This document shows positions 25,881-33,700 of a stretch of DNA of 57,578 nt, in pieces; the stretch's first letter is position 1, and every line of letters starts with the position of its first letter. The translations under genes were made by a program, and so were the position numbers. The DNA is from a virus, in IMG/VR virus record IMGVR_UViG_3300045988_152398, one strand, 5' to 3'. The notes beneath the pieces are model-generated. The model was not told the origin of the DNA, searched no databases, and worked only from the letters and a program-made list of their open reading frames with translations.

Positions 25881-26223
25881 ACAGGTTGAAAATTTGAAAC
25901 TTGGAATTTTGCCTATTAATGATAGGCTCATTCTTATTATTGAAAGTGCCTTTGAATGGATAAACAGTAATACAACACTTAATGTTGACTACAACAATGA
26001 TGATGATTTATCAAAGTTACCGCCTTGTGCGAAACTGTTTATTTGTGGATTTGTGAATATTGCAACATTGAATGTCGGCGTTTCAAGCGAAAGCATAGAG
26101 GGATTATCTCAAAGTTTTAACACGAATGATAAAAGTGCTTTGATTTGGGATATAGCAAACCTCTATTTAGGTGACTATCTCAACAATGTTCGTTTTGTTG
26201 AAGCTAAAAAGCGTTGGTATTAG
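25870..26223 (+). CDS. head-tail connector (gp6-like) protein
   Basis: Size and position after the capsid gene. Confidence 0.5.
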   Translation: MTSEQVENLKLGILPINDRLILIIESAFEWINSNTTLNVDYNNDDDLSKLPPCAKLFICGFVNIATLNVGVSSESIEGLSQSFNTNDKSALIWDIANLYLGDYLNNVRFVEAKKRWY

Positions 26224-26237
26224 AGAGTGGATTGCAA

Positions 26238-26747
26238 ATGAGTAGTGTTAAAGTAAAATTTAAGACGAAATATAACGATTTACCCGAAATATCAGCAACA
26301 CTTGAAACGATAGGCAACAGAAAAGTCAAAGTAGGGGCTTTAAAAGGACAAAATGCGTGGTTAGCAGGAATACACGAATACGGTTGTACAATTAAAGTTA
26401 CCCCGAAAATGCGAAGTTTTCTTCATAGGCAAGGTTTACACCTTAAATCCACAACAACGGTTATAAAAATACCTGAACGAAGTTTTTTACGAAACGGACA
26501 CGACGCAAACGCTGATAACATAATGAAAAAATGCGAACAAGCATTAGGAGCAGTTGTTAGCGGTAAAATGGATATTGATACTTGGCTTGATATGTACGGA
26601 CAGATGTTTGCAACAGCAATAAAAAAATATATGCGTGACTTATCAAGCCCGCCAAATCACCCGTTTACACAAGACCAAAAAGGCAGTAGTAACCCGTTAA
26701 TTGATACAGGCGGATTGCTTGAAAGTATTACTTGGGAGCGTGATTAA
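26238..26747 (+). CDS. virion morphogenesis / head-closure protein
   Basis: C-terminal SSNPLIDTGGLLESITWE pattern. Position in the module. Confidence 0.5.
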   Translation: MSSVKVKFKTKYNDLPEISATLETIGNRKVKVGALKGQNAWLAGIHEYGCTIKVTPKMRSFLHRQGLHLKSTTTVIKIPERSFLRNGHDANADNIMKKCEQALGAVVSGKMDIDTWLDMYGQMFATAIKKYMRDLSSPPNHPFTQDQKGSSNPLIDTGGLLESITWERD

Positions 26748-26750
26748 TTA

Positions 26751-27119
26751 ATGCAGTATTTCAATTTTTCAAGGCTCATTAACAAGTATATGACTGATTT
26801 TACAGCAATCACCTTTTCAGAGGGCTATTACAACGACAGCGGGGATTTTGTAAAGGGTGAAAAAACCGAAACAACCTTACAAGGGGCAATAATCAATTAT
26901 AAAGAAAGCACGGTGCGACGGTCAGAGGGAACATTGACGGCACAAGATAAACGGTTGTTTATGCTGAAACCTTTAGAGCAGGCTCTCAAAGGTGCAAAAG
27001 TTATTCACAACGGTAAAACATACAGCATTGAGGATTGTGGCGAAAACGCTATGTTTTCGGGCGTTTATGCGTACACACTCAAATACTGTAGTGCTTTCAG
27101 GGGGGCTAAATATGATTGA
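26751..27119 (+). CDS. head-tail joining protein (putative)
   Basis: Position only. Confidence 0.4.
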   Translation: MQYFNFSRLINKYMTDFTAITFSEGYYNDSGDFVKGEKTETTLQGAIINYKESTVRRSEGTLTAQDKRLFMLKPLEQALKGAKVIHNGKTYSIEDCGENAMFSGVYAYTLKYCSAFRGAKYD

Positions 27120-27756
27120 TTATGAAAATATGCGAAACATTGTAGTCAAGGGATTGAAGGACTATCTACAATGCCCCGTAATTCGCACAAATCAGAACGA
27201 AGAACCGCCCGCCTATCCATATGTATCTTACACAATTACGACGCTTGCAAGCGAAAATAAGGGTACATATGGCGAGTATAGCGACGGACAAGACCGAAAG
27301 CCCATTACACAAACTTGGAGCATAACGGCTCAATCCGATAAAAGCGGTGAAGATATTGAACTGATTATGAAAGCCCGTGAATGGTTGGAGCGTGTCGGTA
27401 ATTTATACCTGAATGATAACAATATCATTGTTCAATCCGTCGGCAATGTGTCAAATCGTGACAATGTACTGACAATGGAGTACGAATATAAGCACGGTTT
27501 TGATGTAGTATTTTGGCTGTTTGATACGGTTGAAAATCCGATTACAGAAGATGATGTAATTGAAAGTGTTTCGTTTGATGATACAACGATTGATGATACA
27601 ACGATAGAAAAAGTTGATTATCAAAAAATCATTGAGGAATTAAACGCTGAAATCAAAGAGCTAAATGCTGAAATATCAGCGTTAAATCAGCAATTACAAA
27701 ATCAATCAGCGGAAGAAAATCGTATGCTTGAAAACAGATTGCGAGGTGTTAGTTAA
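27112..27756 (+). CDS. tail completion/terminator-like protein with C-terminal coiled coil
   Basis: ATG at 27112. Short tandem DDTTI DDTTI and ELNAEIKELNAEISALN. Confidence 0.4.
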   Translation: MIDYENMRNIVVKGLKDYLQCPVIRTNQNEEPPAYPYVSYTITTLASENKGTYGEYSDGQDRKPITQTWSITAQSDKSGEDIELIMKAREWLERVGNLYLNDNNIIVQSVGNVSNRDNVLTMEYEYKHGFDVVFWLFDTVENPITEDDVIESVSFDDTTIDDTTIEKVDYQKIIEELNAEIKELNAEISALNQQLQNQSAEENRMLENRLRGVS

Positions 27757-28496
27757 TGGCAACATTGAAAGAAAACATCAATCAAGCAATAGCAGACTTC
27801 GACAGTATCAAAGAAGCTATTGAAAACAAAGGTGTTGAAGTGCCAAACGGTACACCTACAAGTCAATACGGAAGCAAGATAAACGAGATTTCCGACTATA
27901 TGAAGCAACGGTGTGAAGGTACTTTAACAACTTATCCTATCCCGTCGGATATATCTAAAATAGTACGAGGTGCGTTTACCTATACAAACTTAACATCAAT
28001 AACAATCCCGACAAATATCAAGATTATAGAAAAAGAAGCGTTTATGTATTGTCCCTTTACATCTATTACATTCGTTGATGATTATGACGGAACGCAAGAT
28101 TTAGTAATAGACACATATGCTTTTGGATATTGCAAAGGGGAAATTAAAGAGCTTACTTTGCCTAAAAGACTTAGTCGTTTGGAAAATATGGCTATTTACA
28201 ATATGCCATATTTGGAAATTCTCACAATACAGACAACTAATGTCAATTTTGGTAACGAACAAATAGGGAGGTGCTATAATTTAAAGGAAGTGCATATACC
28301 TAAAGGGTTTGAAAGAGATTTAAACATTTCACAGTTCACACATATTGAGAAAGAAAGTCTGTTGGAAATCATCAATAACTATGCTGATTGTACAGGAAAA
28401 AATTCCCGCACTCTTAAAATCGGAACAACTAATCTTGCTAAATTAACCGAAGAAGAAAAGGCTATTGCAACGAACAAAAACATTAAACTTCAATAA
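27756..28496 (+). CDS. BspA-type leucine-rich-repeat (LRR_5-like) protein
   Basis: Repeating I..GAF....L.SITIP..I..IE.EAF..C. Confidence 0.6.
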   Translation: MATLKENINQAIADFDSIKEAIENKGVEVPNGTPTSQYGSKINEISDYMKQRCEGTLTTYPIPSDISKIVRGAFTYTNLTSITIPTNIKIIEKEAFMYCPFTSITFVDDYDGTQDLVIDTYAFGYCKGEIKELTLPKRLSRLENMAIYNMPYLEILTIQTTNVNFGNEQIGRCYNLKEVHIPKGFERDLNISQFTHIEKESLLEIINNYADCTGKNSRTLKIGTTNLAKLTEEEKAIATNKNIKLQ

Positions 28497-28659
28497 AGGA
28501 AACTATTATGTGGACTTATACAGATAATCCGAATTTGCTCCCTATGATTGGGCTACTAACCCTGAAAACTACTATGCTGAACTCTATGACGAAAGTATGG
28601 AAGTTTTCAACAAGCCCGATAAAGAAGAAACAATATAAATTTTTTAAGGAGGTCATAAA

Positions 28660-29676
28660 ATGGCTTTAGATGTAAAAGTAAAAATTGATATTAACAAGCC
28701 GATTGGTAAGCTCGGTTATAGCTATCCTCTTATGCTTGTTGTTGAAAGCGGCGAAAGCCCGACAATAAACGATTACAAAGAGTGTAAAACACTTGATGAA
28801 GTTGTTGAAGCAGGATATGCCACAACAACAAACGCTTATAAGACGGCTAACCTTATTTTTTCACAAAATAACGCCCCTACAAAGATTGCAATTAAGAATT
28901 GTAAATCAACAGAGGAAGTTACAACAATTACCGATTGTACAAAATACAATTGGCGACAGCTTATTGTTGTTTGCGAGGGTTCAACAACAGCCCCAACAAC
29001 AACAGTAATGAAATCAATTTCTGATTATATTGAAACAACAGAAAAGATGTATTTTTGTAGCGTTTCTGCAACAACAGGAACAAACACACTTACAAAGACA
29101 AATGCAAGAACAGTTGTGTTTATGTATTCAGGTACAGCAGTATGCCCCGAAGCGGCTCTTGTAGGTGCGTCCGCAGGACTTACAGTAGGTAGCTTTACAT
29201 ATAAGAACCTTATCCTTAACGGCATTACCCCGCTTGAATTAATAGATACACAGATTGAAGCCGCACATACAGCGGGTGCAATCACATTTGTTGCCAAAGC
29301 GGGCGACAATGTAACTACAGAGGGAAAAGCCCTTAATGGTGAGTACATTGATATTATCGACAGCAAGGATTTTGTTATTCAGAACATTGAATACAAGTTA
29401 CAGAAAGTGTTCAACACAACAAACAAAGTACCTTACGATAACAACGGTATTGCAATGCTTGAAAGTGCAGTAATTGAAGTTATGAGGGACGCTTATAACA
29501 ATGGTATTATTGCAACAAACGAGGACGGCACACCTGCATACAGCGTTTCTTTTGCTTTGAGAAGTGCAACAACAGACGCAGACAGAAAAGCAAGAAAATA
29601 TCCGTATGGTCGTTTCAGCTTTGTACTTGCGGGAGCTATTCACGAAGCCGAAATTACAGGCGAAATCACTATTTAA
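28660..29676 (+). CDS. tail sheath-like protein (short form, 338 aa)
   Basis: Immediately upstream of the tube, chaperone and tape-measure genes, with a contractile-type baseplate downstream. Confidence 0.6.
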   Translation: MALDVKVKIDINKPIGKLGYSYPLMLVVESGESPTINDYKECKTLDEVVEAGYATTTNAYKTANLIFSQNNAPTKIAIKNCKSTEEVTTITDCTKYNWRQLIVVCEGSTTAPTTTVMKSISDYIETTEKMYFCSVSATTGTNTLTKTNARTVVFMYSGTAVCPEAALVGASAGLTVGSFTYKNLILNGITPLELIDTQIEAAHTAGAITFVAKAGDNVTTEGKALNGEYIDIIDSKDFVIQNIEYKLQKVFNTTNKVPYDNNGIAMLESAVIEVMRDAYNNGIIATNEDGTPAYSVSFALRSATTDADRKARKYPYGRFSFVLAGAIHEAEITGEITI

Positions 29677-29688
29677 GGAGGATTACAA

Positions 29689-30090
29689 ATGAATGTAGCA
29701 AGATATAACGCCAAAGACTGTACCGTGCTTATTAACGGCACATACATTACAAGTCTTGGTGAAGATATGATTTCTTGGGAAAAGGAAGAAGCATATTTTG
29801 AAAAGGTTGTCGGTGCACAAGGCGACATTATCAAGAGTGAGATTAACAACACAATCCATACTCTTACAGTAACCGTACAGCCGACAAGCCCACAACTTCC
29901 ATTTCTGCTTGACCTTCAAAATCAGAGCGAATCATTCCCTGTTTGGGTTGTTAATAAGGCTCTTGGTATTCGTTTGGGTGGTACAATGGCAAATGTGGAA
30001 GAAGCACCCGAAGTTTCACTTGGTTCAGAAGCGGAAGATATGGAATTTAAATTCTGCGTATTTGACGGCGTGACAGAGAGCACAACATAA
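29689..30090 (+). CDS. tail tube protein
   Basis: 133 aa. Position between the sheath and chaperone genes. Confidence 0.6.
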   Translation: MNVARYNAKDCTVLINGTYITSLGEDMISWEKEEAYFEKVVGAQGDIIKSEINNTIHTLTVTVQPTSPQLPFLLDLQNQSESFPVWVVNKALGIRLGGTMANVEEAPEVSLGSEAEDMEFKFCVFDGVTESTT

Positions 30091-30116
30091 TCAATCATCA
30101 CACACAATTGCAATAA

Positions 30117-30140
30117 AGGGGAGGGAAACCTCCCCTATTT
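30117..30140 (+). terminator. hairpin after the tube gene
   Basis: AGGGGAGG-GAAA-CCTCCCCT followed by a T-rich tract. Confidence 0.55.
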
Positions 30141-30172
30141 AATTTAATTTCATTTTTCAGGAGGACTATATA

Positions 30173-30487
30173 ATGGCTAATAAGAATTTTTATCAGGTAA
30201 AGAAAGTAATCAACGGTACAGAATATACAGCACAGTTTAACGGTATTTCGGCGGCTCTTAAAGCGGTTGACAACAGCTATATTGAGGGAACAAACAACAC
30301 ATCAGTATCAAAATTATCAAAGTACCTTTTTGAAAATGTAATTGTTGAACCGACAAATCTTACAGCAGATGATTTTGATAATATGGACGACTTCAACGAG
30401 GTTGTAACATTTGCCCGTGAAGTTATGCAGGGCAACTTTCGAGAAGAAAAAATCGAAAGCACAACTGACAAGGGAAGTGCGAAGTAA
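30173..30487 (+). CDS. tail assembly chaperone (G-like)
   Basis: Position upstream of the tape measure. An overlapping second frame follows. Confidence 0.7.
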   Translation: MANKNFYQVKKVINGTEYTAQFNGISAALKAVDNSYIEGTNNTSVSKLSKYLFENVIVEPTNLTADDFDNMDDFNEVVTFAREVMQGNFREEKIESTTDKGSAK

Positions 30488-30638
30488 TTGGGCTATGTAT
30501 AGACTTGTTCTATCTGAAAGCGGCTTTGATTACAACACGGTTTTCTATCAAATGACACCACAGGAAATAGAAAAGGCAAATATTGCCCTTGATATGAAAA
30601 TTGAAGCTGAGAAAAAAGCAATCAAGAAAAAACGATAG
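30447..30638 (+). CDS. frameshift extension of the tail chaperone (GT-like)
   Basis: The open +1 frame overlaps ORF1 from the A6 run at 30447-30452 and encodes ..WAMYRLVLSESGFDYNTVFYQMTPQEIEKANIAL... Confidence 0.55.
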   Translation, partial: KKSKAQLTREVRSNWAMYRLVLSESGFDYNTVFYQMTPQEIEKANIALDMKIEAEKKAIKKKR

Positions 30639-30661
30639 AACATTACATAACCTTTTTTTGA

Positions 30662-30688
30662 AGCACCCTTTAAAGGGTGCTTTTTTAC
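30662..30688 (+). terminator. strong hairpin plus U-tract immediately upstream of the tape-measure gene
   Basis: Perfect 20-nt palindrome AGCACCCTTTAAAGGGTGCT followed by T6. Confidence 0.7.
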
Positions 30689-30710
30689 TTCCGAGGAAAG
30701 GAGGTAAACA

Positions 30711-33700
30711 ATGGCAGAAAATGTAATAAGACAAGACATAATACAGCTTGGCTTTGATATAGATTTAAGCGGTCTTAAAAAAGTCAATGATGAAATGGAC
30801 GATTTAAAGAAAAACATTTCAGGCGTTGGCAGTAATGACGGAATTGATAATCTAAAAAAAGAAACCGACAAAGCCAAAAATAGCGTAAATGGTTTGGGCA
30901 AAGAAACCGACAAGGCGACAGATAGCGTTGACGGTTTAGGTAAAAAAACCGACAAAGCCAAAAATTCATTAACGAGTTTAGGTAAAGTTAGCGTTAATCA
31001 ATTAAGCGGCGGTTTGAGCAAATTAGACCAAAAACTTACTTCTGTAGCAAAAAAAGCGGCGGGGGCGACATATACAGGTTTGAAAAAACTTGCGGGAATA
31101 TCCTTTAAGGCTCTTGGCGTTGGTGCGGGTGCAGTTAGTGCAATTATGGGTAATGCCGTTAAGGATTATGCAAACTTTGAACAGCAGATAGGCGGCGTTG
31201 AAACACTTTTCAAAAAAGACGCAAACATTGTACAAAAATATGCAAATGACGCATTTAAAACGGCAGGACTATCCGCAAATGACTATATGGAAACCGTTAC
31301 AGGCTTTGCGGCAAGTTTGTTGCAGAGTGTAGGTGGCGATACCGAAAAAGCGGCAAAATATGCTGATGTAGCTATTACGGATATGGCAGATAACGCCAAC
31401 AAAATGGGTACGGGTATGGAAAGCATACAGTACGCATATCAAGGTTTTGCAAAGCAAAACTATACAATGCTTGATAACCTTAAATTAGGTTATGGCGGTA
31501 CAAAATCCGAAATGCAAAGGCTTGTAAAAGACGCCGCAAAACTTGATAAAAGCATAGACGCAAGCAGTTTGTCTTATGGAAATATAGTAAAAGCAATTCA
31601 CGCAGTACAAAAGAATTTAGGTATTACAGGAACAACAGCAAAAGAAGCAGAAAAAACAATAAGCGGTTCGCTTTATGCAATGAAATCAGCTTGGGGAAAC
31701 TTAATGCCTGCATTGATACAAGGCGGTGACAGTTTCGACCAATGTGTCGATAATCTTGTTTCATCTGTAAAAACTTTTGCGGGAAATATTATGCCTGCAA
31801 TTAAAAAAGGTCTTTCAGGTGTTGGCTCTCTCATTGAAGAACTTTCGCCTATTCTTGCTAAAGAATTGCCCTCAATGTTTAATTCATTGCTTCCGTCATT
31901 AATTAAATCCGCAGTATCGTTAGTAAAAGGTCTTGCAAGTGCAGTACCTAAAATTATTCCGACGCTTGTAACAAGCGTTATACAAGCGATTTATGAAGGA
32001 TTTACGGGCGAAAAAATGAGTGGCGATATGTTCGCAAGTTTAAAGCAGAATGTGCAGAGTGCATTTAACGCAATTAAACAAATCGTTCAGGGAGTAATTC
32101 AGTTTACATCTCAACTAATGACCGCCCTTGCTCCTGTATTATCTTGGGTTGGTAATTTAGCACTAACCGTATTCACTTGGATAGGCAACAACATTAATTG
32201 GTTGCTTCCTATCGTTGGTGCTTTGGTAGGCGTATTTTTAGCCTATAAAGCGGTATTGCTTGTAGTTAATATCATCACGGGAATTGTTACAGCGGCACAA
32301 ACGATAATGGGTGTTGTTTGTGGCACATCATCAGCGGCGGCGGCGGCAGGAACAACAGCAGTTGGAACAGCGGCGGCGACAAGTGCACCTCAAATCTTAG
32401 CGTTTGCGGCGGCTATTCTTGCAGTTGGTGTGGCTATCCTTGCAATTTGTGTAGGTTTTGCATTACTTGTTCAGGCTTCCATTTCTCTCGCTAATGCGGG
32501 TTGGGGAGCTATTGCCGTTATGGGTGCATTAATTGTCATTATAGTGGCTCTTGCAGTAGGTGCGGCGGCTTTAGCCCCCGCTTTAACGGTAGGTGCTGTC
32601 GGGCTTATAGCATTTGGCGTGGCAATTGCTCTTGTAGGTGCAGGAGCATTAATGGCGGCTATGGGTTTAAGTGTAATGGCAGGAGCACTTCCGACAATTG
32701 TACAATTCGGTGCAGTTGGTGCGGTTTCAATTATGGCATTGGGTGCAGGATTGACAATATTTGCAGTAGGAGCAGTAGCGGCAGGCGTGGCGGCTCTTGC
32801 TCTTTCGGTAGGGTTAGTTCCGTTAATGGCAGTAGTGGTAGTAGTAGCGGCTTCAACGGCTTTATTTGCCGCTTCTATGGCATTGGTTGCAGTATCAATG
32901 GCAATTATAACCGCTATGATTTCAGGATTTGTCGCTATGCTTTCAATGTTACCCGCCTTATTTGCGGCACTTGTACCGCAAGTTTTAATATTTTCGGCGA
33001 CAATGACACCGTTAGTAGGAGTAGTAGCGGCGGCTCTTGTACCGCTCACAGCGTTTACGGCTCTTATTGCAGTATTAGCAGTTTCATTTACTGTATTGGC
33101 TGTTGCTTCCGCTCTTATGGTTGTTTCGTTTGGAGCTATTAATGTTCTTTTAGTAGCAATGGTATTATTGCTCACAATTGTTAATATACAATTACGGATA
33201 ATCAGCACGGCATTTACAGCATTTGGCACAAGTGCTATGTCATTTATAGCAGTATTAGCACAGCTTGCAACAGCACTTACGGCGGCGGTTGTTCCGCTCA
33301 CAGCCTTTACAGCTTTAAGCGTAGTATTAGCGGCTTCGTTTTCCGTGTTGGCTATTGCGTCAATGCTCGTTGTCGTAGCGTTTACGGCTATCAATGCACT
33401 ATTAGGAGTAATGATGTTGTTGCTAACTATCATAAATGTAAATCTGTTAATGATTAGTTCTACATTTCCGATAGTAGCGGCAAGTTCCGCACAATTTGCG
33501 GCTTCGTTAATACCGCTTGTAACAGCAATGACAATAGTAATAGCACCATTAACCGCCTTTACAGCTTTAGTTACGGTTTTAGCGGCTTCATTCACAGTTT
33601 TAGCCGTTGCTTCAACGGTTGTATTGATTGCATTTACAGGAATAACAGCAATATTAACAACAATGTTGATGTTGATGATGATAATAAATATTCAATTAAT

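Noticed and set aside
28497-28659. Possible small gene between the LRR and sheath genes. The ATG at 28508 gives MWTYTDNPNLLPM.... Another frame gives ..PYDWATNPENYYAELYDESMEVFNKPDKEETI without a start codon.
   Set aside because: Neither frame has both a credible start/RBS and protein-like composition. It may be a decayed or frameshifted remnant, and this cannot be decided from the sequence alone.
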